A stretch of DNA of 64,000 nucleotides from an uncultured Candidatus Saccharibacteria bacterium (lineage in GTDB: Bacteria; Patescibacteriota; Dojkabacteria; SC72), in NCBI GenBank assembly GCA_964655705.1, contig CAZZPP010000005.1:10035-74034 (forward strand), written 5' to 3'. Position numbers and translations under genes: made by a program. Shown one piece after another: positions 48,876 to 58,875 of this stretch (the first letter of the stretch is position 1; each line of letters begins with the position of its first letter). The notes beneath the pieces are model-generated. The model did no database searches. It worked only from the letters and a program-made list of their open reading frames with translations, and was not told where the DNA came from.

Positions 48876-48953
48876 TGGGGTGGAAGATGGGACTTGAACC
48901 CACAACCCTCGGTTCCACAAACCGATGCTCTAACCAATTGAGCTACTCCCACC
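48876..48953 (-). tRNA. tRNA-His(GTG) with encoded G-1 and CCA
   Basis: Minus strand GGTGGGAGTAGCTCAATTGGTTAGAGCATCGGT-TTGTGGA-ACCGA...GGTTCAAGTCCCATCTTCCACCCCA. Confidence 0.96.
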
Positions 48954-49050
48954 ATATACAATAGATTATACCAAACAACCTTACTATAAAGAATAGATAT
49001 TAAATAATATATGAGGTATATATCTAAATATTTTAAGTTTCAATATTAAC

Positions 49051-49473
49051 CTAATTATCAGTTTGTGGTTCAGCTTCTTCATCGAATGTGATAATAGCAA
49101 CTCTTAGATTTGAATACTCAAATGAATACTTAGAATCAATTTGCTCAGAAGAGATTACACATCTATGGTAAGGAGCCATTAAAGCATATTTAGAATTATC
49201 ATCTGTATGATTGTTTTTAATAAAAGTGATTTTAATAGGATTTTTAGTATCACCAGTATCAAAATCATCAGCAGATATTGATAATACAGTATAATCTTTA
49301 TAATTACTCTCTAAGAAAGTACTCAGGAAGGACTCATAGATGCGTCTACTAGTAAGTGATTCAGGGTTGTAAGGCTCACCAAGGAATGGGACTATGTCAT
49401 AAAAGGCAGATATAAAGTCCTCTGTTAACTTCCCTTCAAGTTTATGTATATTAAATTCTTCTCTGTCTACCAT
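49051..49473 (-). CDS. Hypothetical protein
   Basis: Acidic ORF of about 140 aa; no motif recognised. Confidence 0.5.
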   Translation of the reverse strand: MVDREEFNIHKLEGKLTEDFISAFYDIVPFLGEPYNPESLTSRRIYESFLSTFLESNYKDYTVLSISADDFDTGDTKNPIKITFIKNNHTDDNSKYALMAPYHRCVISSEQIDSKYSFEYSNLRVAIITFDEEAEPQTDN

Positions 49474-49595
49474 ATGTTGGTATATCATAGACTAATACTA
49501 ACTGATATATTATATGAATAATCGATTGTATTAACAATATTGATTCATTTAAGAGATTCCTGTTAGAATGAATAGTTTAATTGAGTTGATGTAAA

Positions 49596-51413
49596 GTGCC
49601 AAGTAAAGAGAAAATTATACTTAGAGACTATATTAGAATTGCAAAATGGTCAGTAGCTATTAATTGGGAAATGTCCCCCTTTATAACTATCGTATCCTTT
49701 GTTACTACTATATATAGGAATACAAAGGGCTTAATTAATACCTATGTAATAGCTAGGGTTATTGATCAGATAATATTTTTAGTTCAGAATAAACAAACAG
49801 ACTTAGAAGGTATTCTTTCATTAATCCTAATTCTTGCTATTGTTCAGATAGTAGATTCTGTTAATGATGCATTTACAAGCTATGCAAATAGAATAAGAAG
49901 GAGAATATCATCTCCATATCTATCTCGTCTTGTGTATAAGAAAGTATTCTCCTTAGGTGTTCAAACCAATCAGTTACCTTCTGTCTCAAATAAGAGGAAA
50001 ATTGCCGAGGAATGGATATACAATGTAAGTGACTTAAACCAGAGTATTGTAATGATCCTTTCATCATTGATTAGAGCCATTATTGCTGCATTCATTGTAT
50101 TTTCCTTCTCTTTCTGGTTAGGAGTAGTTATTCTATTAATATCAATAATCTCATATCTACAAAACAGATATTACTTTAAGAAAGACTTTGAATGGCAGTC
50201 CTCAGATAAGAATTTAGAAGAAAGAAGAAAAACATGGAGACTTGCTTGGGCTCTGTCTGATCCGAATTCAATTAGTGAGGTGTCTATTGTTGGAGCTTTT
50301 AAATATATAGATTCTAAATATGTAAATTTCTTTAAATATTTTAATAACAAATATAAAAAGATTCTTAAGGCTGATACATTAACGACCTTTCTTGTAGATA
50401 TACTAAATATGTTTGCAATATTAGGAGGCTCTATTCATGTATTCATGATGGCATTAAAAGAGGTAATCTCCATAGGTAGTACAACCTTCTATATTAGTTC
50501 CATTGATAACTTCTATGGAGGTATTAAGAATATGACAGCAGAGCTTGTATATTTTTCTGATTCAGTAATGAAAAGTAGAGAAGTTTTAGATTTCTTTGAT
50601 CTTAAACCTCAGATTAAAGATGGTGATATTAAACTTCAAAGACTTCTTACCCCACCATCTATAGATATCCAAAATATTTCATTTCATTATCCGAATTCTA
50701 GAAACAATATATTTGAGAATTTCTCTATGAGGATTGATTCAGGGCAAAGAGTTGCAATTGTGGGAGAGAATGGTGCAGGGAAATCAACATTGGTTAAACT
50801 CATTTGTAGAATATATGAACCTCAAAAGGGTAAAATCCTAATTAATGGTATTGATATAAAGAAATTATCAATTAATGATTGGTACAAAAATGTTGGTGCA
50901 CTATTTCAGGATTTCAATTTCTATTCATCTCTTTCTGCTCAGGAGAATATATATATGGGTAAACCTGCCAAGCCAATAGATAAAGGTAATGTAATTAAAT
51001 CCGCAAAGAGTGCAGAAGCTCATGACTTCATTATGAAATATAAACATAAGTATAAAAATTTAATGAGTGATGATTTTAAGGATGGTATTAGACCTAGTCA
51101 TGGTCAACAACAAAAAATTGCTATAGCTAGATTCTTTTATAGGGATGCCCCATTAGCTATCTTTGATGAGCCAACCTCCTCTATTGATGCAGATGCTGAG
51201 TTCAGGATATTTAACAGGATATATAATTTCTTTGAGAATAAGACAGTCATTATAATCTCTCATAGGTTTTCTACTGTAAGAAAAGCAGATAAGATATTTG
51301 TTCTTAAAGATGGTAGAATTTTTGAACAGGGTAACCATATACAGTTAATGGGTAAAAAGGGTTCGTACTTTAATAACTTTACTAAACAAGCTAAGGGATA
51401 CGCGCAAGATTAA
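49596..51413 (+). CDS. ABC exporter, fused permease and ATPase
   Basis: Six TM plus GENGAGKST, PSHGQQQ, IFDEPTS and ISHRFST motifs. Confidence 0.9.
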   Translation: MPSKEKIILRDYIRIAKWSVAINWEMSPFITIVSFVTTIYRNTKGLINTYVIARVIDQIIFLVQNKQTDLEGILSLILILAIVQIVDSVNDAFTSYANRIRRRISSPYLSRLVYKKVFSLGVQTNQLPSVSNKRKIAEEWIYNVSDLNQSIVMILSSLIRAIIAAFIVFSFSFWLGVVILLISIISYLQNRYYFKKDFEWQSSDKNLEERRKTWRLAWALSDPNSISEVSIVGAFKYIDSKYVNFFKYFNNKYKKILKADTLTTFLVDILNMFAILGGSIHVFMMALKEVISIGSTTFYISSIDNFYGGIKNMTAELVYFSDSVMKSREVLDFFDLKPQIKDGDIKLQRLLTPPSIDIQNISFHYPNSRNNIFENFSMRIDSGQRVAIVGENGAGKSTLVKLICRIYEPQKGKILINGIDIKKLSINDWYKNVGALFQDFNFYSSLSAQENIYMGKPAKPIDKGNVIKSAKSAEAHDFIMKYKHKYKNLMSDDFKDGIRPSHGQQQKIAIARFFYRDAPLAIFDEPTSSIDADAEFRIFNRIYNFFENKTVIIISHRFSTVRKADKIFVLKDGRIFEQGNHIQLMGKKGSYFNNFTKQAKGYAQD

Positions 51414-51433
51414 ATAATTTTAATATATTAAAT

Positions 51434-52093
51434 ATGAGAATACTTTTAGGAATAATATTACTACCCATTCTGTTTCTACAATCTACGTTTGCATATACAG
51501 TATCAGAGGTAGAGAAGCATACAATCCCTTCGGATTGTTGGGTAGTTTTTGAGAACAAGGTATATGACCTAAGTGAGTACCTACCCTCCCATGATATGTA
51601 TCTAGATATTAGAGATTGGTGTGGAGATGATATGACTAAGGATTTTAAGGATAAAGCAGGTGAAGGAAGAGATCACAGAGTAAGTAGTTATTCACTTTTA
51701 GAAAGATATTACATTGGGGATATTGATGAAGTGGTTTTACAAAACACAGAAGATTCAAAGCAGGACTCTAAACTCCCATACAATATTGTAGTCCCCCTAC
51801 TCCTATCAGTACTAGGCTATTGGGTACCATATATGCTAATTAAAAAAGGTATATTCAAAAAATCAATTAAAACTTTTAACGCTTTTTGGAATACAGTATT
51901 AATATTTCTTCTACTTGTACCTGCATTTGGATTTGGTGTAATCATGATTTTAAGATATAGATTTCCCTCAATATGGGATTTAAGTTTTGACTTCATGTAT
52001 TGGCATGTTGAACTATCGTTGGTAATGGGTATACTAGGCATTAATCATTTCATTCAAAGATTAAAGATATACTTTTCTCAACTTAAGAAATAG
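51434..52093 (+). CDS. Cytochrome b5-like heme-binding domain fused to a His-containing TM domain
   Basis: YTVSEVEKH..PSDCWVVFENKVYDLSEYLPSH...CG.D.T..F......H; then three TM with WHVE and NHF. Confidence 0.8.
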   Translation: MRILLGIILLPILFLQSTFAYTVSEVEKHTIPSDCWVVFENKVYDLSEYLPSHDMYLDIRDWCGDDMTKDFKDKAGEGRDHRVSSYSLLERYYIGDIDEVVLQNTEDSKQDSKLPYNIVVPLLLSVLGYWVPYMLIKKGIFKKSIKTFNAFWNTVLIFLLLVPAFGFGVIMILRYRFPSIWDLSFDFMYWHVELSLVMGILGINHFIQRLKIYFSQLKK

Positions 52094-52095
52094 GG

Positions 52096-52112
52096 GTATA
52101 CCAAAGGTATAC
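52096..52112. promoter_or_regulatory. Second copy of the palindromic operator candidate
   Basis: GTATACC-AAA-GGTATAC, 19 bp upstream of TATAAT (52132-52137). Confidence 0.55.
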
Positions 52113-52142
52113 ATTTTACTTAAGGGTATTGTATAATTGGTA

Positions 52143-52595
52143 ATGGAAAAGGAAAGTGATTTGAAGAGTCTAGAGATATATTCAGAGAATCAATATCAAG
52201 AGGCATTTGAAAGCATATCAAGTTATACATCTAATGAGGGATTTGATATATATAAACTCGAAAGTACTATTCCCAAGGGACTTCTTAATGGCTTAAGTGA
52301 AATGGTTGATACAATATCCAGTGAGAATATTACATACGATACTTCAGACCAACAGTTAGATGATTTTACTGACAGAGTATTTAGGAAAATACTCGAGGAA
52401 GGCTTGCCCCAAAGAGAGGTACTCAATGTTGTACTTGTTAGTAAAATTCTTCATAATTTAGAATATTCAAATAGGAATATTACCCCCCTTCATATCAAGA
52501 ATGTTCTTTACAGAAAAAATGAGACATCTGACCTTATGTGGGTTTGGTTAGATATATATAGGAAGAAACTTATGGGAATTCAGAGAGATATTTGA
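52143..52595 (+). CDS. Hypothetical protein
   Basis: ORF of about 150 aa; ATG lies 5 nt after TATAAT. Confidence 0.55.
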   Translation: MEKESDLKSLEIYSENQYQEAFESISSYTSNEGFDIYKLESTIPKGLLNGLSEMVDTISSENITYDTSDQQLDDFTDRVFRKILEEGLPQREVLNVVLVSKILHNLEYSNRNITPLHIKNVLYRKNETSDLMWVWLDIYRKKLMGIQRDI

Positions 52596-52648
52596 TATTT
52601 ATTTCTCTTTTCCATATACTTTAATAATAATTTTTTACCAATATTTCT

Positions 52649-53203
52649 ATGGAGATGTTTGCAATAATTCTCTTGGCTGCAATAGGTGCAATAGTCATGT
52701 ACTTAATTAATCTTAATAATCAATTGGTTAAGATGAAATTAACAGTAGATGAGGCTGTTGCAGATATTGAGACTTTTCTTAAACAGAGATATGATATGAT
52801 TCCTAACCTTGTGGAGACTGTAAAGGGCTATGCTAAGCATGAGAAAGGACTTTTTGAGAGTGTAACTGAACTTAGAGGCAAGGCTATGAAGGCGGATTCT
52901 GTTGGAGAGCAGATTAAACTTGATCAAGAGCTACAACAGGGTATTACCAAGATATTTGCTCTTGCTGAAAACTATCCTCAGTTGAAGGCAAATGAGAACT
53001 TTTTAAATCTTCAAGCTAACCTTAAAGACATGGAAGAAGAGATTCAGAAGTCTAGAAGGTTTTACAATGGTACTGTTAGAGATTTCAATACTAAGATTTC
53101 TGTATTTCCAAATAACCTGATTGTTAAATTCCTAAGTTTTAAAGAATTCTCATTCTTTGAAGCAACAGAAGAAGAAAAGAAGAATGTTGAGGTTAAATTC
53201 TAA
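52649..53203 (+). CDS. lemA: LemA family protein
   Basis: LKQRYDMIPNLVETVKGYAKHE, AENYPQLKANENF and RRFYN...FPNN motifs. Confidence 0.95.
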   Translation: MEMFAIILLAAIGAIVMYLINLNNQLVKMKLTVDEAVADIETFLKQRYDMIPNLVETVKGYAKHEKGLFESVTELRGKAMKADSVGEQIKLDQELQQGITKIFALAENYPQLKANENFLNLQANLKDMEEEIQKSRRFYNGTVRDFNTKISVFPNNLIVKFLSFKEFSFFEATEEEKKNVEVKF

Positions 53204-53213
53204 TTCTTTTTGA

Positions 53214-54941
53214 ATGAAGAAATTCTCTACCCTACTAATCCTTTTAGGGATATACTCTCTTGTTAGTCCTGTATTCGCTCAGACAGAGGATAGGATACTA
53301 GACTTCAATAGTAATATTAATGTCTCTAGAAATACTGAGATTGATATTGACGAAAAGATTACCTTCCAACCATCATCATATATTGAAAGACATGGTCTAG
53401 AATGGACAATCCCATATATATATTCGGCTAATGCTTTAAGAAGGCCAACTCAACTGGATATTAATTCTGTTCAATACTATCCTTTAAATAATCCAACTGA
53501 TATTACTTACAACAAATATACTAGAAGTGATGATAATGGATGGGCTACACTTCGTATTGGAGATCCCAATATTCTAATTACCCAACCTCATGTATATATA
53601 ATTGATTACACCCTTAAGTATTCTGCTATTTCTTTCTTTGATACCCATGAAGAGCTTTTCTTAAACATTATTGGTCCTGGATGGAAGATGCCAATTGAAA
53701 AGGCTTCTGCAACTCTTGTTCTTCCAGCCGAAGTTCCTGAAGCCATTTGTTTTACAGGTCCAGATGGCTCTACAGAAAGTAACTGTACCATTGAGATTGA
53801 GGGAAATACTGTTAAGGTTAAACCTACGGTAGTCCTAAACCCATACGAGGGCTATACCGTAGTAATTAAACAACCATTAGGAACATTTGAGGACACTAGA
53901 AAGGAACAAGCACGTTTAATACTAATTGCGAATTCAGGTATTTTACTCCCTATTCCTGTAGGGATATTTCTTTTTGTATTTTTGAGAAATTACAAGAAAG
54001 GTAAGCAATATACTGTAATTCCTACATATGAACCTCCTGAGCAAATGGATGCTTTAAAAAGCTCCATACTGATGAAAAACACTTCACTTTTTACTACAAA
54101 ATATATATCAGCGTTACTAATAGAGATGGCTGTTAAGGGATATTGTAAGGTAAGGGAGTACAAGAAAAGGAAGTATGAACTTGTTAAATTAAAGGAGTAT
54201 CCCTCTGAGCCTGAACATACCAGACATATATTAGATTCAATATTTGTATATGGAGATACTGTACCTCTTTCCAAACTTACGAATTTTTTTACTACTTCCT
54301 CTGAGGCATACAATATATGTAAAAAGCAGTTATTAGCAGAAGGATATATGTCTCGTAACAGAAGAATTGTAAAAACTGTACTTACAATATCAAGTGCAGT
54401 ACTATTCTTTCTTAGTATTATGTCCTCTTCCATATATATTGCCTTCGCAGCTATTGGAACCCTTCTTGGTGTGATGATTTCCTTAATTATGGTAATTATC
54501 TTTTCAAGAGGTATTAATACTAAATCAGACAAAGGGAATCAAATTTTTGCTAGTTTAATGGGATTAAAGATGTATATTAAGACGGCAGAGAAGCAAAGGA
54601 TTGAATTCCATAATAATCCAGATAAATACAAAGAAGTCTTTGAGAAACTTCTCCCATATGCAATGATTTTTGGTTTAGAAAAGAAATGGGCAGAACAGTT
54701 TAAGGATATCTATTCTACTTCCCCCCAATGGTATGAAGGGTACAATTCCTCATTTGATACTTTACTTTTTAACAATTCCCTTTCTACATTTAACAGGTCA
54801 GTATTTGCCTCATCGGCACCATCTAATTACGGAAGTTCTGGAGGCTTTAGGTCAAGTGGATGGAGTTCAGGAGGCTCTGGATTTGGTGGTGGAGGTAGTT
54901 CAGGTGGTGGTGGGGGTGGCTCTGGAGGAGGGGGATGGTAA
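53214..54941 (+). CDS. DUF2207 membrane protein
   Basis: Signal peptide; FEKLLPYAMIFG; Gly/Ser tail ending GGGGW; follows lemA. Confidence 0.88.
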   Translation: MKKFSTLLILLGIYSLVSPVFAQTEDRILDFNSNINVSRNTEIDIDEKITFQPSSYIERHGLEWTIPYIYSANALRRPTQLDINSVQYYPLNNPTDITYNKYTRSDDNGWATLRIGDPNILITQPHVYIIDYTLKYSAISFFDTHEELFLNIIGPGWKMPIEKASATLVLPAEVPEAICFTGPDGSTESNCTIEIEGNTVKVKPTVVLNPYEGYTVVIKQPLGTFEDTRKEQARLILIANSGILLPIPVGIFLFVFLRNYKKGKQYTVIPTYEPPEQMDALKSSILMKNTSLFTTKYISALLIEMAVKGYCKVREYKKRKYELVKLKEYPSEPEHTRHILDSIFVYGDTVPLSKLTNFFTTSSEAYNICKKQLLAEGYMSRNRRIVKTVLTISSAVLFFLSIMSSSIYIAFAAIGTLLGVMISLIMVIIFSRGINTKSDKGNQIFASLMGLKMYIKTAEKQRIEFHNNPDKYKEVFEKLLPYAMIFGLEKKWAEQFKDIYSTSPQWYEGYNSSFDTLLFNNSLSTFNRSVFASSAPSNYGSSGGFRSSGWSSGGSGFGGGGSSGGGGGGSGGGGW

Positions 54942-54963
54942 TTAATATTAGGGTGTTACTGTT

Positions 54964-55680
54964 ATGGGTATTTTTGATATATTTCTAGGTTACTCTAAGG
55001 TATCTACTACCTCTTTTGAGCAGTTAAGACATAAAATTGTAAATCTTAGGAAGGAGAATCTCTATCCTTACACCTTTAACCTTCCACAAGCAATTTCTTT
55101 TCCATATGATTTCTGGGATGAATTAATTAGAATATTTAAAAATACAAGAAGTGATGGTTTAGAAAGGGCATTCTCAGTATTCTGGGCAGATGGTGAGGTT
55201 GTACTTACAGAAGTTAAAACTGGTTCTGATCGTATGGTAAAAAGTGGAGGAAGTATCCAAGTGAAGTATTCTCATCACCCTACTAAGCAAGGATATGCAA
55301 GAAAGGAGCTATTTGTAGATGAGAAATTAATTAAGAAAAGAGATATATATTTCAAGAGTGTTCCTAAGAGTCTCGATGTCCAATACCTATTCAATATACA
55401 TACGCATCCTAAACATATTAAGGAGAATGGAGAGGTGTTTTACAATTATTTCTCTGCTCAGGATATCAAGTCTTTAATATCCTCAAAGGCAATTATGACT
55501 GGGTTAATTACTGACAAATTATGGATATTAATTAGGACAGACAAAACACCAATAGGTGTAGAGCATATTTTAGATACACAAGTGACTCCCCAGTTTCTTG
55601 AAGAGACTCTCCATATTGGAGTGTATAGGGCAGAGTTAAACAAAAAGGCTTTCAGATACAGGCTACTTTCAGACAAATAA
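54964..55680 (+). CDS. JAB/MPN-like metalloenzyme domain protein
   Basis: GLERAF, NIHTHP and FSAQD in the E...HxH...S..D arrangement. Confidence 0.55.
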   Translation: MGIFDIFLGYSKVSTTSFEQLRHKIVNLRKENLYPYTFNLPQAISFPYDFWDELIRIFKNTRSDGLERAFSVFWADGEVVLTEVKTGSDRMVKSGGSIQVKYSHHPTKQGYARKELFVDEKLIKKRDIYFKSVPKSLDVQYLFNIHTHPKHIKENGEVFYNYFSAQDIKSLISSKAIMTGLITDKLWILIRTDKTPIGVEHILDTQVTPQFLEETLHIGVYRAELNKKAFRYRLLSDK

Positions 55681-57453
55681 CTATTTAACCGTAACAGATT
55701 TAGCTAGGTTTCTTGGTTTATCTATACTATTCCCTAACTCTTTTGCTAAAAAGTATGAAATTAATTGAAAAGGAATAATATTAGCTATTGATTTTAATTC
55801 GTTACTATCTACGACAGGTATAAAATGGTCAAAAGATTTCTCCCTTGAAAACTGTTTATCCCCTACCCCAATAGTAAGTGCTCCCCTTGCTTTAACCTCA
55901 TAGGTAGCAGATATTAAATCTTTTGCATTAAGATCATCAGATATTATTGATATAACGGGTGTCCCCTTATCAATCAATGCAATTACCCCATGCTTAAGTT
56001 CACCTGCAGCAAATCCTTCAAAATGTTTGTAGGAAATCTCCTTTATCTTTAGCGCTCCTTCTTGTGCAATATGATAGTTTTGTCCCTTACCAAGAACAAA
56101 GAAATGTTCCTTACCTTTTAATACCAAGGATATATCATGAATACTTTTAAACAGGGATTTAGAAAAATATTTTTCTAAATTCAATGATAGTAATGATAAT
56201 TCCTTCTTAGCTGAGTTATACTCCCCTACTAACGATTTAGCTAACAGATAGCCAAATGATATTTGAGATGTAAATACCTTAGTAGAAGCTACACATATTT
56301 CACTACCTGCATTTGACATAAAGAAAATATCTGAAAGCCTAGATAGAGTAGAACTAGGCATATTTATATTACTAGCAATATATACTCCTTTCTTTTTAAA
56401 TATTTCAACAGCCTCTAATGTGTCTGCAGTCTCTCCACTTTGTGAGAATGATATTAATACATCTCCTTTTTTAAGAACATTAATATATGATTCTGTTTCA
56501 TATGATCGAATAGATACAGCATTTATACCAGCTATTTCTCTTAAGAAAAAGGATACCTGATCACCAGCGTATGCTGCTGTACCTGCTCCAATTGTATATA
56601 CATTAGAAGCGATTTTAATTTTCTCTAACAAAGGTCTTAGATCACTTTCTAAATATGATGTCGCTTTTAATATGGTATGTTGCTGTTGAACTATCTCTTT
56701 AATCATATAGTGGTCATACTCCCCTTTATCAATATCGATATCAAGGAATTTCTCTAACTTAGGTTTCCTCTTAATCTCTTTCTCTTTCTTAATATCTAGA
56801 ATTGAATATTTTCCATATTCTAGTTCTACTAGTTCTCCATTATTTATCTCAACAATACTTTTGGTAAATTGATTAAAAGCAAGAGGGTCTGAAGCTAGGT
56901 AAAGCTCTTTTAGGTTAACACCAAGTATTAAGGGGCTACCATTTCTAATTGCATAGATCTTGTTTTCCTTACTGTCTAAAAGAATTACAGTATTTCTACC
57001 CTCTAATTTTTTGAAAGAAGAGATTAAGGACTTTTTAATACTTCTATTCTTTTTTAAACGATCTTCTATCAATTTTAATATGACTTCTGTATCTACCTCT
57101 GTTTTGAATATATGGCCACGCTTCTCAAGGGTCTTTTTTAGGGAAGTATAGTTTTCTACAATACCGTTTTGTGCAATAACGAATCTTTTGTCAGTAGAGA
57201 GATGAGGATGAGCATTAGTTACAGTTACACCTCCATGTGTGGCCCATCTGGTATGTCCAATTCCAATAGTAGAATTAAATTTAGAATCAATCTCAGGTGG
57301 AATGTGTCCGACATCTTTGATACTTCTAATTCTTTTGTTCTGAATTATGCTTATTCCCCATGAATCATATCCTCTGTATTCTAACCTTTTTAAACCTTGG
57401 TGAATAATTTCAGGTGCACTAGATTGTCCAATATAGCCAAAAATTCCGCACAT
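55681..57453 (-). CDS. glmS: Glutamine--fructose-6-phosphate transaminase
   Basis: MCGIFG, LEYRGYDSWG, GHTRWATHG, SQSGETADT, ELKHG and DKPRNLAKSVTV motifs. Confidence 0.97.
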   Translation of the reverse strand: MCGIFGYIGQSSAPEIIHQGLKRLEYRGYDSWGISIIQNKRIRSIKDVGHIPPEIDSKFNSTIGIGHTRWATHGGVTVTNAHPHLSTDKRFVIAQNGIVENYTSLKKTLEKRGHIFKTEVDTEVILKLIEDRLKKNRSIKKSLISSFKKLEGRNTVILLDSKENKIYAIRNGSPLILGVNLKELYLASDPLAFNQFTKSIVEINNGELVELEYGKYSILDIKKEKEIKRKPKLEKFLDIDIDKGEYDHYMIKEIVQQQHTILKATSYLESDLRPLLEKIKIASNVYTIGAGTAAYAGDQVSFFLREIAGINAVSIRSYETESYINVLKKGDVLISFSQSGETADTLEAVEIFKKKGVYIASNINMPSSTLSRLSDIFFMSNAGSEICVASTKVFTSQISFGYLLAKSLVGEYNSAKKELSLLSLNLEKYFSKSLFKSIHDISLVLKGKEHFFVLGKGQNYHIAQEGALKIKEISYKHFEGFAAGELKHGVIALIDKGTPVISIISDDLNAKDLISATYEVKARGALTIGVGDKQFSREKSFDHFIPVVDSNELKSIANIIPFQLISYFLAKELGNSIDKPRNLAKSVTVK

Positions 57454-57487
57454 ATGTGTAAGTGTAATATATTATCTACTGTGGGAA

Positions 57488-57604
57488 ATGTATTAAGATA
57501 TTTTTGTAGATTTGTATATCTTATTTAGGTTATACACGTAACCTGAAGGTACCCGCTGATATATCGATAGCCTTCTCCTCGTTGTCTAAAAAGACCCAGT
57601 CGCT
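57488..57604 (-). ncRNA. glmS ribozyme/riboswitch (variant)
   Basis: Minus strand A^GCGACTGG-P1(GTCT TTTT AGAC)-AACGAGG-AGAAGG-CTATCGA-TATA-TCAGCGG-GTA-CCTTC-P3(AGGTTA/TAACCT)-P4(TAAGATAT/ATATCTTA)-TACAT pseudoknot, in the glmS 5' UTR. Confidence 0.85.
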
Positions 57605-57651
57605 AAAGTAAATTAATTCCCTCTACCATTATACATACTCTTTAGAAAATG

Positions 57652-58326
57652 TTAATCCCTCCTTTTGATTCTAGAGGCGTAGTACAAAACATTCATTATG
57701 GATGAAAACAACCCTGCTACATAGGTCATAGCTGCTGAATTTAAGACTGATTTGGCATTTCCCATCATCCCTTGTGGTATGAGATTATACTCCTCAAGAA
57801 AGTGAAGGCCTCTTCTGGTAGCATCTAATTCTAGAGGTACAGTTAGAAAAGCAAATACTGTAGTTAATGCAAAGATTGAAAGGCCTAGATACGAAATATT
57901 AAGAAGGTTTAGTCCTAGCCCAACACCGATTAAAATATATCCTAGATAGCTTCCAATATTAACAATTGGGATAATACCATTTCTTAATTTAAAGAGAGTA
58001 GAACCACTGAATTTCTGGTCTACATGCCCAAACTCATGAGCTACAACAGCAATGTTTGAAATGGAGGATTTAAATGACTCAGATGATATTGATACAATAT
58101 CTTTTCTAGGATCAAAATGATCAGAAAGTTTAGGACCGTTTACTACAACTTCTACTGGATATTTTCCGTTTGTTTTAATAATTTCGGCAGCCTGTTTACC
58201 AGTAATATCGTTCCCTGGAGATATCTTTGAGTTTCTACTATATGATATGGATATCCATATTTGGGCAGCTATTGATAGTAGTAGTGCAGGGAGGACAAAG
58301 AGTAAGTATGAATAGTCGTAGTACAT
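57652..58326 (-). CDS. Membrane neutral zinc metallopeptidase (YugP-like)
   Basis: LSDHFDP, AVVAHEFGH, TVPLELDATRR and AAMTYVA motifs. Confidence 0.9.
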   Translation of the reverse strand: MYYDYSYLLFVLPALLLSIAAQIWISISYSRNSKISPGNDITGKQAAEIIKTNGKYPVEVVVNGPKLSDHFDPRKDIVSISSESFKSSISNIAVVAHEFGHVDQKFSGSTLFKLRNGIIPIVNIGSYLGYILIGVGLGLNLLNISYLGLSIFALTTVFAFLTVPLELDATRRGLHFLEEYNLIPQGMMGNAKSVLNSAAMTYVAGLFSSIMNVLYYASRIKRRD

Positions 58327-58356
58327 AAATAAGAGATATATTAAATGAAATAAAAT

Positions 58357-58875
58357 CTATTTTACCTTTTCAAGTGATTTAAGAAATATTAAGGCAGAAA
58401 TTACTCCAATTGAGGCAGTTATGAATTGGATGTTAACGGAGGATACAAATATGGAGGGTAAGCCAAATAGTTTGTTCATAATGTAGTAGGAAATATACAG
58501 AAAAGAACCCTTTAGAATGATACCCACAGCGTAGTGCAAGAGTCTTTTTTTAGATATGAAGTAAGACAGTATATAGTTAGATACCATTATATATGGCATT
58601 ACATATATCAGAAATATGGTAGCCCCATTAAATAGTACTCCCAAAGCAGTAGCAGTAATTGAGGGGAGGATAAGTACTGGAAGAGTTTTCTTTATTCCAT
58701 ACTTTAGAGTAGAGTAAGTAATCAGGAAATTAATAGCACTGCCTACTAGTAATTGTGGTTTCCCAATGAGTAGAGGTATTAGTATTGAGAGAGAGTAGAT
58801 TGAATAGAGTAAAGCAGTCTCATATTTAATCTCAAAACCTAGTAACTTTCTTTTGTGTAGTATGTTTAATCCCAT
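58357..58875 (-). CDS. ECF S-component-like membrane protein
   Basis: About 5-6 TM; QLLVGSAIN, ILPS, MPYIMVSN and QFITA resemble S-component patterns. Confidence 0.5.
   Translation of the reverse strand: MGLNILHKRKLLGFEIKYETALLYSIYSLSILIPLLIGKPQLLVGSAINFLITYSTLKYGIKKTLPVLILPSITATALGVLFNGATIFLIYVMPYIMVSNYILSYFISKKRLLHYAVGIILKGSFLYISYYIMNKLFGLPSIFVSSVNIQFITASIGVISALIFLKSLEKVK

Noticed and set aside
48822-48920. N-terminal extension of ORF 48426-48920
   Set aside because: Overlaps tRNA-His; a better ATG with a -10 box lies at 48821
41780-48953. Integrated element at tRNA-His carrying umuDC
   Set aside because: No duplicate of the tRNA 3' end, no integrase and no phage genes seen, so it is not called as a mobile element
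54830-54938. G-rich Gly/Ser low-complexity tract
   Set aside because: Normal C-terminal tail of DUF2207 proteins
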